From Eledone cirrhosa (taxonomy: Eukaryota), in the NCBI GenBank assembly GCA_964016885.1, contig OZ024741.1, positions 337,714,001-337,778,000 of the forward strand: DNA of 64,000 nt, written 5' to 3'. Under the pieces are notes generated by a model that saw only the letters and a program-made list of their open reading frames with translations, did no database searches and was not told the DNA's origin. Position 1 is the first letter of the stretch, and every line of letters begins with the position of its first letter. Of the stretch, positions 10,526 to 24,269 are shown piece after piece. The translations under genes were made by a program, and so were the position numbers.

Positions 10526-11832
10526 ATCATCATCATCATCATCATTTTACGTCCGCTTTTCCCTGCTTGCAAGGGTGGGACGGGTCTTATTCAGCACAGC
10601 ATCTCTCCACTCGTCACGGTCCCTCGTCATCTCCACCGTGAGCTTCAATGAACTGAGGTCTGTTCTCACCACCTCCGCCCATGTTTTTCGTGGTCTACCT
10701 CTACCACGTCTTCCTTCAACTGACAATTCCTGGCACTTCTTCACCCATCGGTCATCCTCCATGCGCATCACATGTCCATACCACCTCAGTCTCCTCTCCC
10801 GTACACTACATTCTATCCCTCTCAGACACAGTTTCTCTCTCAACACATTTATGCTGGGTCGTTCACGCACATTTACACTGCACATCCAACGGAGCATGCT
10901 TGCCTCATTTCTCTCCAGTCGTCGCATATCCTCTGCAGTTGCTGCCCATGTCTCACTACCATGCAGCATCGCGCTCCTCACACAGGCATCATACAACCGG
11001 CCTTTCGTACGCAGGGAGAAACCCTTATTCGTCAACAGAGGAAGTAGCTCCCTAAACTTCTTCCAACCCGTCCTTATTCTAGATACTATGGCCTCGGAAC
11101 ACCCTCCTCCCATGCTAATCTGATCTCCTAGGTACCGGAAGCTATCCACCACTTCTATAGCGCCCTCTTGCATTTGAAAAATGTGTCTATCAGTGCGACA
11201 TCTACTGTCTAATTTCCCTGTACATCTACTGCATACATATTTCTCCCTACCTGTTAGTTTGCCTGCTATCCCGCTACATCTCTTGTGTACCCAGGATCTG
11301 CATTGTATGCATTTTATAGAATTTATGCCAGTTCTTTTTCTGCATATCGAACATGGCCATTTCCCTGACGGAATCAGGGTTTTGTCCTCTCTTCTACTCA
11401 TCAACACCTTTGTCTTAGCTAGGTTCACTCTCAGTCCTCTTGCTTCCAACTGCTGTTTCCATAGCCAGAATTTATTCTCTAGCTCCTCTACTGATTCTGC
11501 TATAAGAACCAGATCGTCAGCATAGAGAAGTTCCCATGGACAGCCAGTCTTAAACTCCTCTGTTATGGCTTGGAGGACTATAATGAACAAGAGCGGGCTG
11601 AGGACCGAACCCTGATGTACTCCTACTTGTATCTGGAATTCCTCACTAAACTCCATTCCTACCCTGACTTTACTGAGAGTACCTCTGTACAAAGTTTGCA
11701 CTGTCCTCACAAGCCATTCCTCAACACCTAGCTTCCTTAGGGACCACCAGATGACAGATCGGGGTACCCTATCAAAGGCCTTCTCTAGGTCAACAAAGGC
11801 TAAGTATAGTGGCTTATTCTTCTCTAAGAACC
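10526..11832 (-). mobile_element. RTE LINE (family B2), 5'-truncated, ORF intact to the 3' end
   Basis: ORF 10547-11832: FVDLEKAFDRV, GVHQGSVLSP, YADD, Cys-rich insert, FRYLG; ends [11 protein letters not shown] then (GAT)n. Confidence 0.93.
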
Positions 11833-11904
11833 TATATATATATATACATGTATATATATACATGTAACTATATATATATATATATATACATGTATATATA
11901 TACA

Positions 11905-11948
<44 letters not shown>

Positions 11949-13429
11949 CACATACATACACATATAATATATAGTGATAAGAAAAGAAAATGAGAGTGAG
12001 AAAAAGATGCATGTATATGTGAATGTGTGTGTGTCTGTGTGAGTGAGTGTGTGTATTTGTGAGTATGTACGTGTGAATGTAATATGATATTACCATATAT
12101 ATGTGTTGTTATAATTAAATATTGATATAATGATGTATTAATTATTACTTGTTATTAATTAGTTGCTTGTTGATTAGTTGTAATTGTCTTGTATTGGAGT
12201 TAGTTTTAACATCTTTAGAATTAGGTACGCTTTTTTGCTTGTGTATGTATGTATATGTTTGAGTGAGTGTCTGTTTTCATGAGTCTGAGAGAGTGTATGT
12301 GTATGTATGTATATGTTTGAGTGAGTGTCTGTTTTCATGAGTCTGAGAGAGTGTATGTGTATGTGTGTGCATGCATTTATGTACCTGTGTTGTGTCTCAT
12401 TTTATATTTGTGTGTGTGCATGTGTGAGCATGTATATATGTACCTGTGTTTGTGTATCATTATATGAGGTTGACTTTGCCTTTCATCCTTACGGGGTCGA
12501 TAAAATAAAGTACCAGTAATGTACTGGTAATTGATGGCCTTGTGCCAAAAGTAGAAACAATTATATATGTGTATGTGTGTGCATATGTGTATATATGTAT
12601 GTATGCGTATGTGTGTGTGTGTTTGGGTATGTATATGTGTCTGTGAGAGAATGTGAATGTGTGTGGGTGCATGTGTGCTTTTGTGTATGAGTAAGTATCT
12701 GTGTGGGTGTGTATCTGTATGTGTATGAGTGTGTGTGTGGGGGGGGGGGTATATATATCTACCTGCATTTGAATGAATGTCTGTTTGTGTTTGACTGTGT
12801 GTGTGTGTATCTATGTATGTATGTATCTATATACCTGTGTTTGTGTATCATTTTACATGTGTGTATGTGTGAATGAGTGCATATGTGTGTGTGTATGTAT
12901 GTACCTGTTTTTGAGTGAATATCTTTTTGTCTGGTAGGGTTTGTGCATGTATGTGTGAGTGAACATACATGTGTGTGGGTGCATGTATGTATATACCTAA
13001 CTTTGAGCAACCTTTTCTATATATGTGTGTGTGCCTGAATGTATTTACCTGTGTTTCTGTATCATTTTACCTGTTTGTGTGAGAGAGAGAGCGAGAGAGA
13101 GAAGGGGAGAGAGTGCATGTGTGTCTGTGTGTGTGTGTGTGCATGTATGTACATACCTGTGTTTGAGTATCATTTTGCATGAATGTGTGTGTGTGTACAT
13201 ATAGATTTCGTTTTACTATTCATTAATTAGGTCATTAAGTGCATAAGTGTGGGCAGAGGACTGGACTAAAATGACTAATATTACAGAGAATATCAATATG
13301 GTCATCTGACCTGCTAGAAATAGCAGTCACATCTCTCCTAATTCTTAACCTTCTATAGAACACCAAACTGCCTTAACCAGACATTCTTGAAAAATAAAGG
13401 AAAAAAAAAGCACTATGAGTGCATGGCAT

Positions 13430-14110
13430 GAAATATTAAAGTTTTTACCCTAATATTGCAAATTTTCACAACAAACTGTCCAATAGTAAAGATACTATAA
13501 ACATTTAAATTAACAAATTACATTAGCGAGGCATTATTGATTGGTAGTATCGGTAGAGGGTCGGATGCCATGCTTTCCAGCATAGTTACGTCCCTTTACG
13601 ATCTGAGTTCAAATCCCGCCGAGGTTGACTTTGCCTTTCATCCTTACGGGGTCGATAAAATAAAGTACCAGTAAGGCACTGGGTATTTGCTGGCCTTGTG
13701 CCTAAAGTAGAAACAATTATTGATTATTGAAACGTAATGAACAAGATTATGAATATAGCACATTAAAAATCAAAGTCTTTCCTCAAACACTGCAAATTTT
13801 CACAACAATCTGTCCAGTAGTAAAGATACTATAAACATTTGAATTAACAAATCTGTTTTTAGATATTTTCTGCCAAATCATTATAGCATGGCAAAAAATA
13901 ATGTTGCAAATTTTCACAATGTTCTGTCCAGCAGTAAAAATACTATAAACATTTGGATTAAAAAACCTGTTTTTGACATTTTCTATTAAATCTTTACAGG
14001 ATATTAAGAATTAATACTTTAAATTTTCTCAACAATCTGTAAAGATTCTCTAAACATTTGAATTAAAAATCCTGTTTTTAAACATTTTCTACTAAATCCT
14101 TTCAGGATAT
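13430..14110 (+). repeat. Degenerate tandem repeat (gcaaattttcacaacaatctgtccagtagtaaagatactataaacattt) interrupted by a SINE
   Basis: Motif recurs at about 13458, 13792, 13906 and 14020. Confidence 0.7.
13541..13720 (+). mobile_element. tRNA-derived SINE with conserved central domain (actttgcctttcatccttacggggtcgataaaataaagtaccag)
   Basis: B-box GAGTTCAAATCCC; the central domain resembles the Meta-type SINE core. Other copies at about 12466, 18090, 21470, 22095, 31075-31855, 50840, 51260, 56535, 58965 and 61885. Confidence 0.8.
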
Positions 14111-14264
14111 TCACAACTGAGTTTCTTTAAAATGTCATATTTGAACAATTTTGCTATTTATTTGTTTTGTTTTGTTTTTAATCATGTTTTTTCTCATTTT
14201 CACTTTTTTCTATTTTTGTTATTTTTGTTTGTTCATGTTTTTTTGTTTTTGTTTTTGTCATCAG

Positions 14265-14527
14265 CCAGAATGGATGACATAGAACCAGAATTACCTGAAT
14301 ACCCACAGCAGTCGTTTGAGACAAAAGGTGAAAACCACACTTCCATTAATACCTGTCAACCACCAAACAGCAGTACTATAAATCCACCATCCACAGATGT
14401 CATTGATTTGAAATCAACGAGAGTGAACACAACAGAGCCAACATTAACATCAAAACCTTGGAACTTACCAAAAAAGAACAGTTTCAATTGTTATTCGAAA
14501 CCACTGCCGGCAATACCAAAGATGTAA
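14265..14527 (+). CDS. Pcdh: Protocadherin paralog 1, terminal coding exon
   Basis: Long T-rich tract then tcatcag|CC, phase 1 compatible with exon 1268-1430. Encodes ...STDVIDLKSTRVN...KPWNLPKKNSFNCYSKPLPAIPKM*, homologous to 55858-56105. Confidence 0.85.
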
Positions 14528-14649
14528 TTCTATGAAAAATGTCCAGAAATGATCCATTAAATATATTATTATTATTGTTGTTGGGATATAACAATATATT
14601 GCAAACTTCCAGATCTTTATATTAAATATAGTATATGCTATACTATATA

Positions 14650-14650
14650 T

Positions 14651-14711
<61 letters not shown>

Positions 14712-14713
14712 GC

Positions 14714-14750
<37 letters not shown>
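14650..14750 (+). repeat. (AAC)n(AAT)n compound microsatellite just 3' of the paralog 1 stop
   Basis: Direct reading. Confidence 0.95.
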
Positions 14751-14751
<1 letters not shown>

Positions 14752-16398
14752 AAATTATTGTGTACAGTGCTCAGGTGCACTACAACTCATCAAAGGTGTA
14801 TGTATAGTACATAGAATAATGTACAAAAGTGAGGAAAGTGAACAGTGTATGAGTCATGATTTACACACAGACAGACAGACACACACACACACACACACAT
14901 GCATGCGTGTGTATGGAGGAGGAATATCAGGTGTAGTGTTGGCTAATTACGATAAGCATGGAAGTTTTGAAGGATGTAGTGTCCTGACTGCTAACAACTG
15001 ATGCAAGTAGTTTGTTCCATGCTTCAGCAACTCTGAGCTTTCACACACACACACACATACACACACATACATACATACATATATATATATATATATCATC
15101 ATCATCATCATCATCATCATCCTCATCATCGTTTAACGTCTATCTTCCACGCTAGCATGGGTTTAGACGGGAATTGTCCCACTTGAGGCAAGATTGGTTG
15201 TCTCACTTGTATAGGACTGTCTGGCTGGTTTTCTACAGCTGGATGCCCTTCCTAACACCAACCATGTTTACAGTGTGGACTGGGAGGTTTTTACCGTGTT
15301 ACCTACACGGCCACATTGCAGCGTGGACTGTGTGTTTTTTTGTCGTGACACCTACACCTATATATATATCCATATGTGGTTGACGGCTGAGAGAGAAAAG
15401 AGTACTCAATACTAAAGTAGAGTTTTAGAATTCATTTTATTAAGGCAAAATAGAGTAACAGGACTCACTATTTAGCTTTAATAAAATGAATGACCTGGTG
15501 CTTCAAAACATTCACATTAATCCTGCAACCTTCTTTCATATGCTGAATATATTTGAACTCCTCAGATAAGCTGTTTGATAGTGTCAGAGTTTCAAATTGT
15601 ATTCTTTTTAGTCTTAATATGTAAGATATTGCTCAAGGCACACATCAAAAAAATATTATATCAGGAGGTGCTATTAAGTTATACGTGGCCTGGGCCAATA
15701 GTGAGTGAAACTTACCAAAATTATACACAATATATACACACACACACACAAAACACACACAAACACATCCACACAACACACACAAACACACAAACAGACT
15801 ATGTCTCTAGATTCAATACAAAATTTGTCATATCTATTTTATATTTGACAATTCTAATATTTTGAAATATTTTTATATTGATCTACATTGAAATCCCTCC
15901 AATATCTATTCCAATCATCACAATGTTCCATCAATACTCCAATCATCAATTCTTAAGTCATCAATACTCCAGTCATCACAATGTCCCATCAATTATGCTT
16001 CATGTTACATCATTTTATCTTTCATAAGGATTATTTCTTGATTAAAAAAAAATTATTTAAAAAATTCTGCTGCCTAATAACTGTTCTCTGACTCTGAATT
16101 CTACACTTTGACATTTCCATTCTGGCATGGGCTGGACAGGATATTTTGAGGCAATGTTTTTTTTTTTTTCAATGATTGGATGCCCCTTCCTGATACCAGG
16201 GATATGGTGTAGCTATTCTGAACCAGATACACACATTGCCTTATTTCTTATCAAACTGTACAAAACCTGGACCTGTCTATTGTAATTTAACAAGTCTTGT
16301 CACCAATGCATTCTAAAATATTTATTCAACTAAAGTATTAGACATATCACTGCCAAAAGTGTATCACTTACACACACTCACACACATGCGCACACACA

Positions 16399-16444
<46 letters not shown>

Positions 16445-17047
16445 TAACCACACTTATATATATGTGTGAATGTGTGTATATATGTATGTGTATATGTGTA
16501 TGTGTGTGTATATATATATACACACACATACACATATACATATATATATATATACACACATACACATATATATATGTATGTATGTATGCATATATACATA
16601 TATATATATTTATATATATATTCATATATTCATATTTATATCACTAAATATATAATACCCACAAAATATATACATTATATATATATATCACTACCAAATA
16701 TATATCACCTTCAAATACATATTAGTCATTTATATATCATCATCATCCTCATTTTTACGTACACTTTTCCATGTTGGCATGGGTTAGACAGTATGTTTTG
16801 AGGAAATTTTTTACAGCTGGATGCCCTTCTTCACATCAACCCTTTTAGATGATTCTTACAATATGCAGGGCTCTAGTCTCAAAATCTCTGATCAATCTGA
16901 TCGGCTTCCTCAGAAACAATGAACTATGATTTTATTTGCTATATATATATAAAAGAGGCTGGAATGTGTGAGTCGGGTGTGCCAATCAGGGAAGAAATAG
17001 AAACACGATTAATTAAGAAGAAAGAGATGTGGGAGTAGTAAGCATAT

Positions 17048-17079
<32 letters not shown>

Positions 17080-17154
17080 GTATATGTATATGTTTGTATA
17101 TAGGGAAATGTTCAAGCCCCCGACGGCAGAGCTCGAAACGGCTTAAGCTATGTT

Positions 17155-17185
<31 letters not shown>

Positions 17186-17340
17186 GATATTATTTATAGT
17201 TATGTATATACTATAAACAGGAAAAGTCAGTAATTTATTACTACCTTATCACCAGTAAGGGAAATAGCTCAATAAAAGAACATCAGGTGTTTTACAGAGC
17301 AGGAATATAAATTACACAAATATCAAAGTTATGTTCAAAT

Positions 17341-17387
17341 TGCTGACAATTGTTTCTTCCAAACTTTCGTTTGGTATCATCAGAGCA
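17341..17387 (-). ncRNA. Minimal hammerhead motif inside a 35-bp inverted repeat (17305-17340 / 17418-17453)
   Basis: TGCT-CTGATGA-TA-CCAAAC-gaaa-GTTTGG-AA-GAAA-CAATTG-TC-AGCA; GUC cleavage triplet, palindromic helix III. Confidence 0.8.
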
Positions 17388-17547
17388 TTATCAATGTTGA
17401 TAAACAGCAATTAAATGATTTGAACATAACCTTGATATTTGTGTAATTTATATATATATATATATATATATTAATAGTAATAATAATAAATGTGAAGATC
17501 CCGTTAAGGGTGAAGGCAGCGGTTCTTGCTTAAACTTTAATCTGTTA

Positions 17548-17601
<54 letters not shown>

Positions 17602-17638
17602 TATATATATGTGTGTGTGTGTGTATATATATATATAC

Positions 17639-17738
<100 letters not shown>

Positions 17739-17835
17739 CTATATATATATGTATATATATGTATATATATATGTATATATATGTATATATATATGTATAT
17801 ATGTGTATATATGTATATAAATATGTATATATTGT

Positions 17836-18080
17836 ACCGCGCGATTAAACCACTGGGAGTGAAGGACCCCTAGCCTCTTTGTCAGGGCATTCTTCTAGGA
17901 GAAGGCAACTCAGGAAACTGGGATAACTCCGATATAAAACCTGCGACTCACTAGTTACCGATCATGTTGATCTTTTATTCTTTTCGGGTTATAACTACTG
18001 TCGCTCAGAGAGTGGGATTGGCTCAGTGCACAGTCTTTCCTCACTTTAAAAAATATCTTCACCTACAGGCATTGCACGAT
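17836..18080 (+). mobile_element. Probable RTE 5'-UTR-like fragment
   Basis: Contains ctaggagaaggcaactc...aaaacc, resembling RTE 5' UTR motifs as I recall them; no ORF. Confidence 0.35.
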
Positions 18081-18089
18081 AGAATTAAT

Positions 18090-18272
18090 TAATTGTTTCT
18101 ACTTTTGGCACAAGGCCAGCAATTACCCAGTGCATTACTGGTACTTTATTTTATCGACCCCGTAAGGATGAAAGGCAAAGTCAACCTCGGCGGGATTTGA
18201 ACTCAGATCGTAAAGGGACGTAACTATGCTGGAAAGCAAGGCGTCCGGCCCTCTACCGATACTGCCAATCCA
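18090..18272 (-). mobile_element. tRNA-derived SINE, full length
   Basis: Reverse complement of 13541-13720. Confidence 0.85.
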
Positions 18273-18458
18273 CCGCATAATAATGATAATAATATTTATA
18301 CTTATATATATAATCTATATACAATTATAAATAAGAAAGGGTAATATTTTTTCTTGGAAGAAATGATTGTCAGCAATTAAATGTATTAAACAAAATATTT
18401 GATTATTTTATATGTTGTATATATATATACAACATATAAAACAATCAAATTTTTGTTT

Positions 18459-18491
<33 letters not shown>

Positions 18492-18516
18492 GTATGTATA
18501 TATATGTATTATCTAT

Positions 18517-19790
18517 ACAAGGTGTGGTGTCAGAAACGAAACAGGACTAGGGTCACAAAAAACTTATTTCAAATCCAAACTACAGTCTACAAGTTTTTCC
18601 CCTTCCAAATTATCCCCCTTGAGTCTAATGCACTTTTCCATTATTCTCTGCCAGGTCTCCTTGCACTTGTAGAAGGATTCTCTGCAGTTCCATATCATCA
18701 TGGCCTTCTTTATGGCTTCCACATCCAGAAAATGAGTCGCTGGATGACCCTCATGAGCTTGTGGAAAAGGAAAAATATCACACGAAACCTGGTTGGGTGA
18801 GCGAAGAGGTTGCTCCAACACAGTGATATTCTTTTTGACTAGTTACTGCCAGATGGTCGGGGTGTTGCGAGGTGGCATGTTGTTGTGGTGAAGCAGCTAC
18901 AAGTTGTCCTGCCAGAACTCGCCTTTTCTTGCATACTGAATGAAGCAAATGCTGCAGGATCTCTTTGTAGCCAAGCTGGTTGAGTGTCTGGCCCTATGGC
19001 AAGAACTCGATGTGGACAATGCCTCTCACATCAAAGAACATTATCAACATGAGTTTGACTTTGGACTTTGACTGTCTTGCTTTCTTCAGCCTCAGCAACT
19101 CTGGACTCATTCCCTGAAGGCTCTGGTGTTTGGACTCCGGATAGATAATACTCAAAGATCCATGGTTCTCCTCAGCAAGTCTGGTTCAGTTTCATGATGC
19201 TCGAGGATATCCTGACACACCTGCATGCACCGCTCTCTTTCTGGTCAGTGTTCAGCAGCTTCAACACCATCTTTGCCCAAATTGTTTGATACCCAAATCT
19301 TTGGTGATAATCTTCCAAATGCTGTCACAGTTCATGCCCAGCTCACTTGCACTCAGTCGAACAGTCAACCAATGATTGCCACACACCACCTGCCTTACAA
19401 GCTCAACGATGGCCTCAGTCCTACTCATTGAAGGCCTACTGCTCCTGGGGTTGTCTTCCACATCCTTGCATGCAACTCAATCTTTTGTGTCACTCAAAAA
19501 CCTATAAGCAAGATATTGTCTCATTTAAATTACTGCAGTATTCTGAGTGCTTCTGATGGAATTTTCCCCAACTGCACCAGAAACTTTAGGTTGGTTTGTT
19601 GCTCTATGCCCATCACTCAAAATTGAAGAGCTGTTAACAAAAGATATGAAAAACACATGCAATAACTTAGGAGAGCTGAGATCGCAGTTATATACTCCCC
19701 AGATATTACATCACACAGTTACACAACCCACTAATGCCTACCCAGCTCATAGCTCACACAGCACACTGTTACTTTTCTGACACACCTTGT
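18517..19790 (-). mobile_element. Decayed near-full-length mariner (same family as 9291-10184)
   Basis: TIRs caaggtgtggtgtcagaaacgaaacagg / ctgttacttttctgacacaccttg; frameshifted transposase relics (EDNPRSSRPSMSRTEA, KKAM...WQRIMEKCIRL.GD). Confidence 0.85.
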
Positions 19791-19798
19791 ATATATAC

Positions 19799-19840
<42 letters not shown>

Positions 19841-19984
19841 GGGGTAGGTAAAATCCCGACCACTGTGCCATGGTTGGGGTTTTACTTACCTTTATACTCA
19901 TTCTGCATCTCTCCAAGTATTGAGTACTCCTATGATTAGTGGCCTCCTCAGTCTCAGCACTGCAGACACACTTTCTATCTCTCA

Positions 19985-20040
<56 letters not shown>

Positions 20041-20399
20041 TATTCAAGTAAAGGAACGTTGGTTGATCAATTAATCAACCAACTATATAGTAAACAGACA
20101 TAAGCACTCCATGACATAGGTCCCTTAAAGTATTATCTATAAGGTATCAGACGGAGTGCCAATATTATAAAGAAGAGACAGATTTATGTATACATACTCT
20201 GTTTATTTTGTAATAAACACAGGATTTATGCATAAAACCATCTCTCTTCTTTATAATAGATATTTATGTATATATAAACACACACAGATATATAGATATC
20301 ACCTCAAAATATGTATCTCCATTAAATATATATCACTCATATAATATCCAGTTATCCCAACATAACTTGTTATTAATATTTCTCTGCTGAAATTCAAAG

Positions 20400-20810
20400 G
20401 GTTAATGGGAGGTGGAGGGGGGCAAGGGTGGATACAGCCGATAGTGGAGTAAGGGGTGGTGTTGGGTGGTGCAGCTGATACGGAAGTAAGGGGTGGTGTT
20501 GGGTGCAGTTGGTAGGGAAGTAAGGGGCAGGGGGTGGATGCAGTCGATAGAGTGGTCAGGATGGGGGTAGGTGCAGTCGATAGGGTGATTAGGATGGGGG
20601 TGGATGCAGCTGATGGGGAGGTGATGGGTGTGGGGTTGGTGCAGTCTATAAAGATGTGAAGGGGCAAGGGGTTGAAGCAACTGATAGGGAGGTGAGTGGC
20701 AGGGTTGGGTGCAGTCAATAGGGTGGTGATGGCGAAGGGGGTTAAAGCAGTCGATAGGGTGATGAGGATGGGGGGGGGGGTTACAGTTGGTAGGTGGTGG
20801 GGGTGGATGC
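20400..20810 (+). repeat. G-rich minisatellite, about 37-39 bp unit (ggtgcagtcgatagggtgatgaggatggggg)
   Basis: About 10 degenerate copies. Confidence 0.8.
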
Positions 20811-21138
20811 AGAAAGATGGCCTTAAAACTCTTGTTGTTGTTGTATAATTTGGTAACATCATGAAGTAGATACAATCTATGTGATAAGTCAAGTGTTCCA
20901 GATTCTAATCATTCCTCAAACCTCTACGCTGCTGTCATTGGAAAATGCATGAATGCCTCATAATCTCATATTATTTCTTCCCCCTATAAATACCTAAGGG
21001 TTTATGTCTATTATTTATATATATTTTTAATCAATATTTTTTCAACATTAAAATATCAAATTAACAAAACACTTTTCAATTATTCTGTGCTCCAGAAGTT
21101 TGAGGATTTAGATTTTTTTTATTCTGCATGTTCCTTAC

Positions 21139-21274
21139 TTCCCCCTTTGAGTCACCAATTCCTGGTAGAATCATATGGTGCCATTGTGGAACATATGGCA
21201 GGTCTTGGGCATTTCAAAATTGGTGGAGCTCATCTCTTTCCAGGTTTGATCATAGTCAATTTCTTCTCCCAGAC
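21139..21274 (-). other. Candidate orphan exon on the minus strand
   Basis: (TC)n ttccag acceptor, unique sequence reading GLGEEIDYDQTWKEMSSTNFEMPKTCHMFHNGTI*, donor-like GAA|GTAAGG 32 nt after the stop. Confidence 0.3.
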
Positions 21275-21275
21275 C

Positions 21276-21366
<91 letters not shown>

Positions 21367-22454
21367 AGAGAGAGAGAGAAACAGATGGACAGACAAAAAG
21401 ACAAATAAACAGACAGATGGACAAACGAACAGGCAGACAAACAGACAGACAGGCAGACAGGAGCAGAAAAATCCACCCCAGTACTGGCCTGGTATTTTGT
21501 TTATTGATCCAGAAAGTTTGGAAAGTGAAGTTGACCTCAGCAGGATTCGAACATTGAGTGTGGAGATCCAGACACAAAATCCAGCAATACATTCTATACA
21601 ACTTTATAAGGATACTGACTCTGCCAATTTAATACCATCATGATAATCATTTGACAAGATCCCAGACTTCACTTGCTTATCAAGTGGGGTGGAACTTGTC
21701 AAATCAGACCAAGGAGAACTGATTTTGGCTTGGTTTCTACAGCTGGATGCTCTTCCTAATGCTAACCACATTTACAGTGTGCTGGGTGCTTTTTGTTGTG
21801 ACACCTACACAACCTCAGTATGTATATATATATATATAATACCATCGATCGATAACATCCCAGACCTCATTCACTTACCAAGTGGGGTGGAACTCCTCAA
21901 ATCAGACCAAGGAAACAATATTTCTATTACTGATGTTATCTACCAGCTGCAACTCCTGGTAGAAAAAGCAATGTGAAATAAAGTATCTTGCTCAAGGACA
22001 TAATACATTGCTCTGTCCGGGAATCGAAATCACAACCTCATGATTGTAATCCAACTCTCTAACCTCTAAGCCACGGACCTTCATGATAATGATTGTTTTT
22101 GATTTAGACACATGGCCAAAAATTTGGGGCTGAGTGGAAAATCGATTAATTTGACCCCAGTGCATTACTGGTACATTATTTTATTGACCTCATAAGTTAA
22201 CCTCAGCAGGATTAGAACTTAAAATGTAAAGGGCCATAACTATGCTGCAAAGCATGTTGTCCAATGTTCTATCAATAAAATTGCAATGGTTTAGTAAAAT
22301 AAACTGCTTTACTAGGTTGGTGTTTATAACATAACTTAATAAAAGGTTCTTTTTTATACCATAGGACTTAGGGTCATATCAGTCATATTGATATCACAAA
22401 GACCCTCATCAAATTTCTAAGCCTGCATTCTCCATTACATAATCCACCACCCAC

Positions 22455-22700
22455 CACCACCACTCGTCGACTACTGTCGAGATGATGGATCTCACTCTCA
22501 TGCCCCAGAATCCCCTGTCCCCCATCGCTGCCCCTAGGTCCTGTCTGCTGATTCCCGTATCCCTAGAGATAACGTCAGGGAATGACAGCTTCCTACTCCT
22601 AGTCAGGCTGGAGTCAGGGTTCCAGAGCAAGAGAGCGGATATGATTTCATTGCTGGCACGGTGACAGTGGCCAGCAAATTGAGCTCTCCGGGATTTTAGA
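22455..22700 (-). mobile_element. RTE family A 3' fragment
   Basis: Minus strand RRAQFAGHCHRASNEIISALLLW...DVISRDTG..DLGAAMGDRGFW. Confidence 0.75.
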
Positions 22701-23142
22701 TTTTAATCCACACTCCCTTATGCCAAATCATGTGACAGGTCATAACACCATATGATCCTTTGTTCTGCTTTGGATATTTCTCCAATGCAGAAAATATGTT
22801 TTGTGATTTATTTACTGGTAGCAAGAAATGTTTATATATCTAATCTAATTATACAGCTATTTTGAGTAAAGTGTCTTAACCATAGGCATACAATAGAGAG
22901 CTGGTTGTAGGGTACAAAACGTTGACTTCTCAGTAACTTGTCTGAGTACCCAGTCAATTTAATCATCTCTCCTTACCATTGATTCATCAAGGGAACCTCT
23001 ATGCGGCTTCTGAAACTGCTAGAGATAGCAGCCAAATTTCCCTCTAACCACACACTACTAAGTTAGAAAAGGAAAAGACATTGAAAAGTAGAGTAACTGG
23101 AGGGAACAAGGGGTGGACTGCTTTGGTGGCACTTTTGTTTAA

Positions 23143-23487
23143 GTACTCTCAGGTCCCAAATGATAAGAGTGAATCAGTAATTCTTCTAGGTTGTCTCACT
23201 TGATTTTTTTTAAACCTGAATTAGTTGTTTAGTTTACATATTGAGACCCCAACCCAACCTATTTATTTTATAACGTATGGGATTTCTTGTAATTTTGTTT
23301 TTTGTCATGTATAATGTTTTTTTAATGTCTAAAGAAAATGAATTATTGCAGGAATGCTACAACTTAAAATAGCAAAATTTAATAAGTGTGTTTGGAGGGA
23401 GGCAGGAGAAGAGCAGAGGGTGGTGGAAAAAATCTGAAAAATTAATAAGTAGGTGGAGGGGAACAATTATTTGAGATCCAAGAGTAC
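23143..23487. mobile_element. MITE with imperfect TIRs
   Basis: gtactctcaggtcccaaatgat ... attatttgagatccaagagtac. Confidence 0.5.
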
Positions 23488-24269
23488 ATTTTATCTGTAT
23501 TGTGTTGGGTTTTCCGTATGTCAGAAAACTCAAGGACCATCCCAGCTGGCTCAAAATCTAGCTATGCCACTAACTTTGGATAATGTAGTCCTAGATACAG
23601 TAAAGTATAAGGCAGTGTGGTCATGGCTGGACGGATTATGATCATAGGACTGCTTCATTATGGTTTACTAAGAGTTAAATAACAGCAGCTAGCCCCCACT
23701 CATGTATTTATCATCATCACCTCGGCTTAACATCTATTTTCCATAGATGGGCTGTCATGCTATGCGGTTAGACAGGCCAAATGACTACATTTTGCTCATA
23801 TTTTCCATTTTGGGCTTGGTTTTCTATGGTTGGATGCCCTTCTTAATGCTACCTTTTTGACTGTGTGGACTAGGTGTATTTTATCACAAGACCATATATA
23901 TATTTATAGTGTAGGTGCCACGGTAAAAAAGCACCCTGTACTCACTGTAAGTGAGGTTGGTGTTAGAAGGGCATCCAGCTGTAGAAACCAAGCCAAAATC
24001 AGTCCTGTATGAGCAAGACATGGTCACCTGACCTGGCATTGCCCACAACCGGACACCTGTCTAACCCATGCTAGCATGGAAACATTGACGTAAAACGGTG
24101 ATGATGATGATGATGATGATGATGATGGTGATGACGATGATGATGATGATGATGACAGTGCATTCCTGGTCTCAGTTGCTCATGGAATTTTCCTTAGAAC
24201 TTAACCAATAATTCTATTACCAACCACTTTATAAAGTGTACTGAATATGTTTATTCATTATCGTTATCA

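Noticed and set aside
12240-12362. About 56-bp direct duplication
   Set aside because: Slippage within low-complexity TG-rich sequence.
13541-13625. tRNA gene
   Set aside because: B-box present but no cloverleaf; followed by SINE body and present in many copies.
20299-20892. Mucin-like Pro/Thr ORF of 197 aa
   Set aside because: Translation of a G-rich minisatellite that is open in several frames.
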